Source: Octopus sinensis (lineage: Eukaryota). From it: a stretch of DNA of 64,000 nt. This document shows positions 37,701 through 45,029 of this stretch, piece after piece. The translations under genes and the position numbers were made by a program. Position 1 is the stretch's first letter, and each line of letters begins with the position of its first letter. Location: the NCBI RefSeq assembly GCF_006345805.1, contig NC_043019.1, forward strand, positions 10,043,360 through 10,107,359. The letters are read 5' to 3'. The notes below the pieces were generated by a model. It was not told the origin of the DNA. It did no database searches and was given only the letters and a program-made list of their open reading frames with translations.

Positions 37701-40103
37701 CGCCCAACGCAGAAAGCTTCACCATAAGTCTTTTGTGTGGCATAGAGTTAAAAGCCTTAGCAAAGTCCAGGTAAACAACATCCATCCAGGATCCACGATC
37801 AGTGATTTGGGTAACGTCCTCAAGAAACTCGATGAGTTGATTACAGCAGCTGGAGTTAGGAATAAATCCGAATTGTGATGGCTGGATGAGGCTGTGAGAC
37901 TTCCAGAAGTTCCAGAGGGTTTCTCTGATACAGGATTCCATCAGTTTGGCAATGCAGCTAGTAAGACTAACGGGGCAATAGTTGACAGGCGATGTGCGGT
38001 CGCCTATTTTAAACAGAGGGATAACACTGGCACTTTTCCACTGTTCTGGAGTAACACCATTGTCAAGACAGAATTAGAAGAATAGAGAAAGTTGGCTTAG
38101 AAGAAAGTACCCACCGCGTTTGAGAAGTAGGTATGTAACACCATCGAGACCAGGAGAGGCATAGTTGCGTTTATTCTTAAGGTGGCGTTGTAGCATTGCT
38201 GGTGTAAATTGCATAGTAGATATAGAGTCAGATGTCATAGTAGATATAGAGTCCGATGTCAGCAATGATTTCTGCACATTCTTCGGGATTGCCAGTAATC
38301 TGTCCTGTGTGGGGATTGTGAAGGGACCAACTGGAGAGTGGGGTCTCTGCTTTGAGTGCACATACTTCCAGAACACTTTGCTGTCAGGGTTAGCTGCAAT
38401 GCATTGTTCAAATTCAAGCACTGCCTTTTTTGTCACCTGCTTGAGGTGGTTGGCTGACCTATTGCGCTTTTTCCTCTTGCTCTCTGATTTGTGCAATTTG
38501 TATTCCTGTTCAGCATTACAGCGTTCTTTCCTGGCAAGTCGGACTGCTGCAGTCTCCCAAATTGCACTATTGGGTGGTTTTTTGTGCTTGCGTGGTACTG
38601 ATGCTGCACATGCCGCCCATATTGAATTCAGAATGTTCTGGAGTATAGTGTCCACATCTCCAGAGGCATAAAATTCGAGCTCCAGTCCGCTTTATTCCAG
38701 TCAAAGCGGGCAGTCTGAAGATGGTTGTGTTTTTTGTTACAACCAATCAGAGACAAGTCGGCCATGATCATGGAATGATCAGAGTCACCTAAAGGTTCTT
38801 CAGTAGTGACACTAATGATTGTTTCAGGAGAAGCGGTAAGTAGCAGAGCCATTTAAAACACACAAAAACTGTTAGATTCACTTCAGCACTTAATTTTAAT
38901 TTGTCAAAATATCTTTGTCGCTTTGAAACCGCAACCTGTTCAGACAAAATTTTGTGCTGCATGGAATTTTGTCATATTTTAGTCACGGTTTCAAAGTGAC
39001 AAAAATATCTTGACAAATTAAATTTTTGTGTGTTTTTAAATAGCTTATAAACATCTTCCAAGCTGCAATTGTTTACAATTTTATAATTTTTCTGTTTTCA
39101 ATCAATTCATTTACAATCCACCTTCATCAACACCATACGCATTAATTCAATACATTCATTTAAAACTGCAGAATCTATCTTTCTTTCTAAGAATGAAAAC
39201 AATTATAAAGTTGTTAATGAAGTTCTAAGACATGTTAATTGAATTAATTGAACTCAGAATATATTGCCTACCTAGATATAACTGGTAAAGGAATGAAGTT
39301 CTGCACTTGAGCAATATCTAGCCCACAGTCCATCATGATGTTCACTCCTTTGAACTGTAACACGAAGCAGGGCTTACTGTGGTTACTGGACAAACACATC
39401 TGAAATGGTTAACAAATATCAAAAGTAACAGAAAGGAAAATTTAAGATAAAAATATAATGGCAGTTAGTATTATGTAATGAATAGTTAAAAAAAAAAGGC
39501 ACTCAGATTGATGGAAAATATCACAATGATTATCTCAAATAAATGCTCCTCAGAAAGGTTATATCTTTATTTTCAGGCAGAAAGGTTAGCAGGCCGGGCT
39601 TGGCGGTATTTCGTCTGCCGTTACGTTCTGAGTTCAAATTGCGCCGAGGTCGACTTTGCCTTTCATCCTTTCGGGATGCAGTAGCAACAGCAGAAGCAGT
39701 AGTTACGCACTGGGGTCGATATGATCGACTTAATCCCTTTGTCTGTCCTTGTTTGTCCCCTCTGTGTTTAGCAGCCCCTTGTGGGTAGTAAAAAAATAAG
39801 AAACGTTATATCTTTATTTTTCTGAGGAGCGTAAATTAAAATTGAAAGAAACAGCTGAGATACTGTATACGAATTCGTGCGAATGTTTTTGGTTTTTCAT
39901 TTATTTGTGGTTTGGGACAAAAACGAAGAAACGGTCGGGATTCGAAACCGGTAAATACGAATTTCAGTCGGAAATTGTTACTAAACGATAAAAAGTTTTG
40001 AAGTTTTGCCTTTAAAACAAACAAAAGTTGACTTGTACAGGTATGTACGATCATAACAAATAAATACCCCAAATAAACAATTGTCTTAACTTACAAGTTT
40101 CAT
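916..40103 (-). CDS. INTS9: Integrator complex subunit 9 (inactive MBL/beta-CASP subunit), 17 coding exons, 3' end outside window
   Basis: 17 AG/GT-flanked exons join in consistent phase (1578 nt, 526 codons). Motifs recognised from INTS9: MKL start, [16 protein letters not shown] (degenerate MBL motif), [51 protein letters not shown]. Confidence 0.96.
1420..1569 (-). CDS. INTS9: INTS9 coding exon 16
   Basis: aag|[50 protein letters not shown]|gtaatt; 150 nt, phase 0-0. Confidence 0.93.
3774..3829 (-). CDS. INTS9: INTS9 coding exon 15
   Basis: cag|(E)[18 protein letters not shown]|gtgagt; 56 nt, phase 1-0. Confidence 0.94.
4270..4967 (+). mobile_element. RTE-LINE 3'-end-derived SINE-like repeats (at least 2 partial copies) with (GAT)n tail
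   Basis: Contains the family core ...gtggcatgtaagaagcacccactacactctcgaagtggctggcattagg...catggaaaacagacgttaaac(gat)n; the family recurs about 20 or more times in the window. Confidence 0.75.
6678..6806 (-). CDS. INTS9: INTS9 coding exon 14
   Basis: tag|[42 protein letters not shown]|gtaagt; 129 nt, phase 1-1. Confidence 0.95.
9483..9525 (-). CDS. INTS9: INTS9 coding exon 13
   Basis: cag|[14 protein letters not shown]|gtaagt; 43 nt, phase 0-1, the phase required between exons 12 and 14. Confidence 0.88.
10104..10320 (-). mobile_element. RTE 3'-end-derived SINE-like copy
   Basis: (CAT)n tail at left followed by the reverse complement of the family core. Confidence 0.8.
10561..11395. mobile_element. 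Foldback/MITE-like element (1.5 copies) with a SINE inserted in its left terminal repeat
   Basis: 11051-11165 and 11230-11360 are reverse complements; 10561-10745 is a reverse-complement copy of about 11160-11350; about 10826-10858 pairs with about 11365-11395. Confidence 0.7.
10859..11050 (+). mobile_element. RTE 3'-end-derived SINE-like copy, close to family consensus
   Basis: Core sequence plus (GAT)n tail ending at 11050; interrupts the foldback element. Confidence 0.85.
12892..12952 (-). CDS. INTS9: INTS9 coding exon 12
   Basis: aag|[20 protein letters not shown]|gtaatt; 61 nt, phase 2-0. Confidence 0.95.
13806..14600 (+). repeat. Three degenerate tandem units of about 280-300 bp, each with a decayed hammerhead-like motif
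   Basis: Unit starts (gatagttaaaggtggta...cagctg and variants) at 13806, 14108 and about 14390; shared downstream ...gatatgttc...gcaacaaa...acactgttaaca. Confidence 0.8.
15847..16027 (-). CDS. INTS9: INTS9 coding exon 11
   Basis: cag|[61 protein letters not shown]|gtaagt; 181 nt, phase 1-2. Confidence 0.96.
17703..17814 (-). CDS. INTS9: INTS9 coding exon 10
   Basis: cag|[37 protein letters not shown]|gtctgt (weak donor); 112 nt, phase 0-1. Confidence 0.92.
18317..19522 (+). mobile_element. Tc1/mariner-superfamily DNA transposon (mariner/maT-like), decayed transposase
   Basis: 23-bp imperfect TIRs (CAGGGTGTGGACAGTATTTGAGG), TA duplication at 18315-16 and 19523-24, N-terminal HTH ORF 18405-18734, remnants QQDSVPSH and [14 protein letters not shown], with stops and frameshifts. 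Confidence 0.9.
19870..20770. mobile_element. Old foldback/MITE-like element
   Basis: Inner arms 20162-20215 and 20441-20497 are reverse complements; weaker outer arm similarity about 19890-20060 vs 20555-20740. Confidence 0.55.
20828..20872 (-). CDS. INTS9: INTS9 coding exon 9
   Basis: cag|[15 protein letters not shown]|gtaagt; 45 nt, phase 0-0. Confidence 0.92.
22637..22726 (-). CDS. INTS9: INTS9 coding exon 8
   Basis: tag|[30 protein letters not shown]|gtaagt; 90 nt, phase 0-0. Confidence 0.94.
23768..25690 (-). mobile_element. 5'-truncated RTE-clade LINE (RT fragment plus 3' UTR with ~40-bp internal repeats and (GAT)n tail)
   Basis: [56 protein letters not shown] in ORFs 25448-25666 and 25159-25401; tail at 23768-23778. 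Confidence 0.9.
25917..25959 (-). ncRNA. Minimal type I hammerhead ribozyme (sense to INTS9 pre-mRNA)
   Basis: CCAC-CUGAAGA-U-UGUC-GAUCAA-GACA-U-GAAAC-AAUU-GUA^GUGG: stem I CCAC/GUGG, CUGANGA and GAAA cores, palindromic stem III ACAAUUGU, GUA cleavage triplet. Confidence 0.8.
26578..26620 (+). ncRNA. Minimal type I hammerhead ribozyme (second, inverted copy)
   Basis: Identical 43-nt motif on the plus strand; predicted cut between 26616 and 26617. Confidence 0.8.
26718..27094 (+). mobile_element. Non-autonomous Helitron (377 bp)
   Basis: 5' TC after A26717, 3' CTAG before T27095, subterminal GC-rich hairpin CCTGAGCAACGCCGGG at 27067-27082, no TSD. Confidence 0.8.
27107..27469 (+). mobile_element. 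RTE 3'-UTR-derived copy with internal repeats
   Basis: agacccatcaagccaagtgaaattgtag... to (GAT)n tail; same family as 23768-24420 in the opposite orientation. Confidence 0.75.
27543..27663 (-). CDS. INTS9: INTS9 coding exon 7
   Basis: tag|[40 protein letters not shown]|gtgagg; 121 nt, phase 2-0. Confidence 0.93.
29346..29432 (-). CDS. INTS9: INTS9 coding exon 6
   Basis: tag|[28 protein letters not shown]|gtaaat; 87 nt, phase 2-2. Confidence 0.93.
30346..30485 (-). CDS. INTS9: INTS9 coding exon 5
   Basis: cag|[46 protein letters not shown]|gtacca (weak donor); 140 nt, phase 0-2. Confidence 0.94.
32555..32623 (-). CDS. INTS9: INTS9 coding exon 4
   Basis: cag|[23 protein letters not shown]|gtaatt; 69 nt, phase 0-0. 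Confidence 0.94.
33221..33290 (-). CDS. INTS9: INTS9 coding exon 3
   Basis: cag|[23 protein letters not shown]|gtaagt; 70 nt, phase 2-0. Confidence 0.88.
33740..34187 (+). mobile_element. RTE 3'-UTR-derived copy with internal repeats
   Basis: Repeated ggtggcac...aaaagcac units, family core and (GAT)n tail. Confidence 0.75.
34514..34800. mobile_element. Foldback element with ~85-bp terminal inverted repeats and a 117-bp spacer
   Basis: 34514-34597 is the near reverse complement of 34715-34800; both ends are tatata-like. Confidence 0.8.
36553..38848 (-). mobile_element. 5'-truncated CR1-clade LINE (end of APE domain plus RT), relatively young
   Basis: 359-aa uninterrupted RT ORF 36862-37941 ([54 protein letters not shown]); EPLGDSDH endonuclease end at 38628-38852; (ATT)n tail near 36556-36580. 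Confidence 0.93.
38849..39090. mobile_element. Palindromic foldback element whose left arm is split by the CR1 (remainder at about 36521-36555)
   Basis: gccatttaaaacacacaaaaa / tttttgtgtgtttttaaatagc and aatttgtcaaaatat...gaaaccg / cggtttcaaa...atatcttgacaaatt pair; the right arm continuation ttataaacatcttccaagctgcaattgttt pairs with aaacaaatgcagcgtggacggtgtttataa left of the CR1. Confidence 0.75.
39272..39399 (-). CDS. INTS9: INTS9 coding exon 2
   Basis: cag|[42 protein letters not shown]|gtaggc; 128 nt, phase 0-2. Confidence 0.95.
39574..39804 (+). mobile_element. tRNA-derived SINE with 16-bp target-site duplication
   Basis: B-box-like GTTCAAATT, central gccgaggtcgactttgcctttcatcctttcggg, A-rich tail; GTTATATCTTTATTTT repeated at 39558-39573 and 39805-39820. 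Confidence 0.85.
40095..40103 (-). CDS. INTS9: INTS9 coding exon 1 (MKL)
   Basis: aaaATGAAACTT|gtaagt; matches the MKL start of INTS9 orthologs, at the edge of a CpG-rich promoter. Confidence 0.88.
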
Positions 40104-40706
40104 TTTTGAAGATTTTTTCTTCTTCGAATCAGGAAAAATCTTCGGAAAATGTTTTTTTTTCGTCTTTCAAGACATTCAGCGTCCTCTGTTGTGTGCCGGT
40201 GAGAGTTAGCTCCCCTTTACATGAACCGGAAGACGACGGACGAGGCGGTGCTGGCACGGTCGGAGCGTAAAAGAAAGGTCAAAAAGATTACCAAAAGGAA
40301 CAACCAGCCGGCGGGTTAATCCATTAATCCAGACCCAGATTTCATCCGATCATCATTTATATTTTTAACTCTCATCCGTTTTTTCACTCTGTATATAAGA
40401 AGCGAGTTGGTGCCCTGAAGGGTCCCTCGTCTGTCCCTTCTTCTATGTAAACCTTTTATAGGTTAATAAAGAAATATTCGCGAGGAGGACATCGCAAATT
40501 TCAGCTGGGCCCAGCACGGATTTCCAAAAATCTACTTTATTTAAATCGCCTTTTACCTTTTATACGACAATTTGATAATTTCAACTCATGTGAAGAGGAA
40601 ACCCTGAAGTTTTGCTTTAAAGTAAAGAAGAGAGAAAATAAGGCTGTTGAACAAGTCCAGAACCCCTGGATTTTGAAATTTTTGTTTTTAACCTTTATTT
40701 AATCCA

Positions 40707-40999
40707 GTAAGTTGCGGTTTGAGAGGTATTTTTACCTGTGAAGTATTTACCTGTGTAGTATTTACCTGTGAAGTATTTACCTGTGTAGGAGTTCGAGCGG
40801 GCATTTAGAAGTAACTCTCAATACACTACTTTTTTTCCCCTCTGAAAACGACCTGAATGTTATAATTCACGTTCTCTCCTACAATTACATATAATTGTTT
40901 TTAATTTGCACACATTATCAATTGATTCCTACCGACACTGAATACCTCATTAATAAGTTTACCCCGATTCTTTGTTTTTATCTAATCTTATTATTTCAG
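40707..40999 (+). other. Probable 5' UTR intron of RSAD1
   Basis: GTAAGT donor at 40707, branch-like CTAAT at 40982-40986, ttatttcAG acceptor at 40998-40999; no transcript evidence. Confidence 0.55.
40727..40788. repeat. 15-bp tandem repeat x4, (A/T)AGTATTTACCTGTG
   Basis: Read directly; units alternate aag/tag, giving a 30-bp higher-order period. Confidence 0.9.
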
Positions 41000-41302
41000 T
41001 GCCTATGTCGAGTATTTTCAATATTTTGATGGTTTGTTCCCGTCAGCAACTCTCCACATTCTGCCACGAATTTAATCAGTTATTTCACTGAAACAATAAA
41101 ACTTCGCTAACGACCTTGATTAGTAAAAAACAGCCTTTATTCATCTTGATATTTTATATTTCTTTATACTGTCTAACGATATCGCCGAATTTATTACACG
41201 TGTATATTGTGATTTTCTTCACTTTACAATGAAGATCTTTATATTAACTTTACAAAAACCTACTAATATAAGTAGGTTTTTCAATATTTTGTCCAATTTA
41301 CG

Positions 41303-42637
41303 ATGAATAATTTTGTTGGTTTTTCGAAATATAAATTTGGATTAAAATTTCCTGGCATATGTCAGCTTTTAAGTTTACAAATAAAATATTCTACTTCAAA
41401 TTATTATGAAGATTTTACAAACAGTGCCTCTATTTATGTACACTGGCCTTACTGTGCCAAAAGATGCACGTACTGCAATTTTAATAAATATATCAATTCC
41501 AATGTTAACAACATACGAATGACCGATTCCTTAGTAACCGAAACTAAAGCTTTACTAAAACTTAGTGGAGTAAAGCAAATAACGTCCATCTTTTTCGGCG
41601 GTGGAACACCTTCTCTCGCACCTCCAAGCACTATACAACGTATCATTGAATGTGTAAAGCAGCTGGCAAATCTCTCCAACCGAGCTGAAATTACACTTGA
41701 AGCCAACCCAACAGCATTAGAATTCCAAAAATTGCGCGACTTTAAAACAGCGGGTATCAATAGACTCTCTGTCGGCGTCCAATCATTAAACGATGCGCAG
41801 CTTCGAATTCTTGGCCGAAATCACTCTGCAGCAGAGGCAATTAGATGTGTTGAAGAAGCTATAAATCTTTACAAAGGAAGCGTTTCGATAGATCTAATTT
41901 TTGGAATCCCTGGTCAGACTCTAAAGGATTGGTTGGAAGAATTGAAGAGGACTTTGTGCTTTTGTGATGATCATTTGTCCTTGTATCAGTTGATTGTTAA
42001 GAGAGGAACTCCACTTTATCATAAAAGATCTAAAGGAATTATGAAGTTTCCTAACGATGATATTTTAGCAGATATGTATGAAGAAACAGTAAAAATATTA
42101 GAGGAAGAACATTTTTCACGTTATGAAGTGTCAAACTTTGCCCGAAATGGTGCTGAGAGCATCCACAATAAATCTTATTGGCAAGGTAAGCAGTATATTG
42201 GAGTAGGCCCAGGTGCTCATGGCAGGTTTGTTACCAAAGGTCAAAGTCTGGAAGTAGGACATAATTTCCGACAGGCCCGTATTCAGATACTGGAGCCTGA
42301 GCAGTGGATGGCTGCAGTTGAAAGATTCGGACATGGCACAAAAATATCAGTTCCACTATCGTTGAAAGATATTTTAGAAGAAGGTCTGGTGATGACTCTT
42401 CGTACAGATGAAGGTATTGACTGTTCAGAATGGCACCAAAGGACTGGTGTGGATCTACTGAAAATTCTTTTTAGCTCTGAAACAATTCAAGAGTACATGC
42501 TGCAAGAGTTCTTTTCCATAAAAGGAAATCGGTTAAAAGCTACAAAAAAGGGAATACTTGTACTCGACAGACTTCTTCCTGATTTCATATTAGCCTTGCA
42601 ACACTACTTTGAATCATTCGAGAAAAATCAAAGGTAA
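41303..42637 (+). CDS. RSAD1: Radical SAM domain-containing protein 1, mitochondrial (HemW-like heme chaperone), single-exon CDS, 444 aa
   Basis: YVHWPYCAKRCTYCNF (CxxxCxxC), FFGGGTPS, TLEANP, NRLSVGVQS, DLIFGIPGQT, HLSLYQL, YEVSNFA, HNKSYW, GPGAHG, ARIQILEPEQWM; acid-free N-terminal extension; AATAAA at 42731-42736. Confidence 0.95.
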   Translation: MNNFVGFSKYKFGLKFPGICQLLSLQIKYSTSNYYEDFTNSASIYVHWPYCAKRCTYCNFNKYINSNVNNIRMTDSLVTETKALLKLSGVKQITSIFFGGGTPSLAPPSTIQRIIECVKQLANLSNRAEITLEANPTALEFQKLRDFKTAGINRLSVGVQSLNDAQLRILGRNHSAAEAIRCVEEAINLYKGSVSIDLIFGIPGQTLKDWLEELKRTLCFCDDHLSLYQLIVKRGTPLYHKRSKGIMKFPNDDILADMYEETVKILEEEHFSRYEVSNFARNGAESIHNKSYWQGKQYIGVGPGAHGRFVTKGQSLEVGHNFRQARIQILEPEQWMAAVERFGHGTKISVPLSLKDILEEGLVMTLRTDEGIDCSEWHQRTGVDLLKILFSSETIQEYMLQEFFSIKGNRLKATKKGILVLDRLLPDFILALQHYFESFEKNQR

Positions 42638-42949
42638 ATAATTTTAGTAATTTTGTAAGAATCATTATTATATAATTGATAATAAGCGACTAGATAAGTG
42701 GCTGCATCTGTGGACAAGAATGACCATACAAATAAATATGTATTCCTTACCTTTATTTAATTGTTTATATCTAATATATGTTTCAAGGTGTCTGTACATA
42801 ATGTTGTGCTGTGTCTATAGATAGTACTTGAAGATTTACAATATGAAAGACAGAAAATGATTTTGTTTCTCTACCTTGTTGTGTCTGGAGAGAGTCATTT
42901 TCTTTTTGTGCCTTAGAAATAAGAGAAGGCAGTGTGCTGGCAGAATCAT

Positions 42950-43140
42950 TAGCTGCTGGACGAAATGCTTTGCAGTATTTCACCCGTCACTATGTTCTGA
43001 GTTCAAATTCCACCGAGGTCGTCATTGCCTTTTGTCCTTTCAGGGGCGATAAATTAAGTACCAGTGAAACACTGGGGTCGGTATAATCAACTAGTTCCCC
43101 CTCCTCAAAATTCCAGACCATGTGCCTATAGTAGAAAAGA
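42950..43140 (+). mobile_element. tRNA-derived SINE (same family as 39574-39804)
   Basis: gttctgagttcaaattccaccgaggtcg...gataaattaagtaccagtgaaacactggggtc. Confidence 0.8.
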
Positions 43141-45029
43141 TGATGTATTCTGAGAGAATTATACAAGGACAAGTAGCAGGAGGTGAGAGCACATTTTGTG
43201 GAGTAAAGTGACAAAGTTCCATGTTGAAAACAAGTTGACTTTGGTGTGGTGTCCAAGCCACCAGTTCAAATAACCCTGGGCCAAACTTTCCAGATTCTTC
43301 AAATTGCAAATTGGTGAGATATTTACATAATCCTTCATTGATGTTTGGTGCCATCACTTGATTCATGCTAGTGAATACTGAGGGGCCTGTAAACGTTTAC
43401 ATGCATGCTCTGTTCTCTCAAGGGGCTGGTCATACCTTTTATAGCTTTATGAGCAGGCTGTGGCCCATAGCAGGAAATTTAAGGTGATTTGAATCTTGCC
43501 AAAGACTCACAACACTTTTTATTATATTCTCTTTAATTCTTGTTTTGTTTATGGTTAAGTCAGAGAAGAAAGGTAGGAACCTGTGACCTTTTTCTGCCGA
43601 TAGGTAGGTAGAAGGAAAACAGAAATTGGACACCTGGTCCAAATGATTAAACTCCTCTAAAACTACACTAATGTCAGCTGGTGATGTTAAACTTAGCAAT
43701 AGATTAAGGTTATATCCACAAAATTAGTTCAAAATATGGATGTAATTTCAGAGTTTATCAAAGACCCTATTCATTTGTAGTTTGGAAGTGAAAAGCTGCA
43801 GATATAATTTTTCTTTGCTCCATTTTGTATTATGTGATAAGAGTTAAATAAAAAGGTATGAAAAATTTTGTTCAGGTGTAGATGGGTGGTTTGCGAAGCT
43901 TGATTCTCAAACATGTGGTCTCAGGTTCAGTCCTCTTGTATGGTTCTTTGAGGGTCTTCTACAACAGTCCCTAGACAAACAAAGCCTTTTGAGTAGCTGA
44001 GATAGACAACAACTGAAAGAAGACCAGCCACGTGTGTGTGTGGTGTACCTGTCTTGACATCATGCAATGGTTGTAATTAATTATTACCATAATTACAAGC
44101 AATGCTCTTCATTTCCAGTCTGCCATGAAAAGTGTCTGATCATGGGAAATATTAGCTTGCTTAGAAACAGATGAAGGACATCTGGCTGAAGAAAATCTTC
44201 CTCAAGAAATTCCATCTGATCAAAGCATAGCCTGGAAAAGTGGATGTTAAATGATGATAATAAATGGATAAAATATTCCAGGGCAAGATATTTCATATCA
44301 ATAGTGAAAGACTGTTTATCTTTATTTCTCGACATTGGAAAATAAGCTACGAGGTCTTTGTGTTCTGCTTAAACACTTTTGATGAACCAGGGTTAAAGAT
44401 TTCTTCATTGGGTGTTTTATTTTCTAACTATGGTATTAAAATTGGTTCAAATTTTGGCAGAAAGCCAGTGAACTCAAGGGAATAGGTAAGTTGATTACAT
44501 CAATTCCATTGTTCAACTGATACTTATTTTATCAACCCTGAAAGGATGAGAGGCAAAGTCAATCTCGACAGCATTTGAACTCAGACCATTACGAGTTCTG
44601 CATATGTTATGTCCTGCACAGTGATAATTCTGCCAACTCACCACTTTAATATGGTTTTAGTATTTCTAAGCATAAGATTGCAAGCTGACAGAAATAGCTG
44701 TGCTTTAATCTACAACTTGCATATAAAATGCATATTTTAATGGTATTCCATATAGTTTTCATTTGGTTTCTCTACATTGTGAATTCAATTCTTACCAGAG
44801 TCTACTGTTCTGCCTTTGAGGATCATCTCGGGACCACTCATGTCTAGAAACTGAGGTTAGGGGTAAGTAAGGGCATGCTCCCTGCAGAAAATCCAGCTCT
44901 GGAAAAGTCTCATGACAATAGCAAAGAAGCAAGGGCACCTGCCAGCCCAAAGGTTGAGGTGGGCTGCACCTACCTACCTCAAAGAGGAAGGTACAAACTC
45001 TCATCCTGGGTCACACAAGTATGACTTGC

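Larger units (their letters stand above)
40104..41302. promoter_or_regulatory. Shared bidirectional promoter/5' UTR region of INTS9 and RSAD1
   Basis: Divergent ATGs 1.2 kb apart; locally CpG-rich; ETS-type CCGGAAG at 40226-40232; TATA-like TATATAA at 40392-40398. Confidence 0.7.

Noticed and set aside
41303-42637. Horizontal transfer of bacterial hemW
   Set aside because: The protein has a presequence-like N-terminal extension and a eukaryotic RSAD1-type C-terminal motif, and its base composition is host-like. A gene tree would settle it.
43150-43700. Minus-strand ORFs 43091-43366 and 43439-43699 as an extra gene between RSAD1 and ELAC2
   Set aside because: No coherent exon chain; faint resemblance to LINE endonuclease remnants only, too weak to annotate. 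The same applies to 21447-21716, 31329-31583 and 34227-34493.
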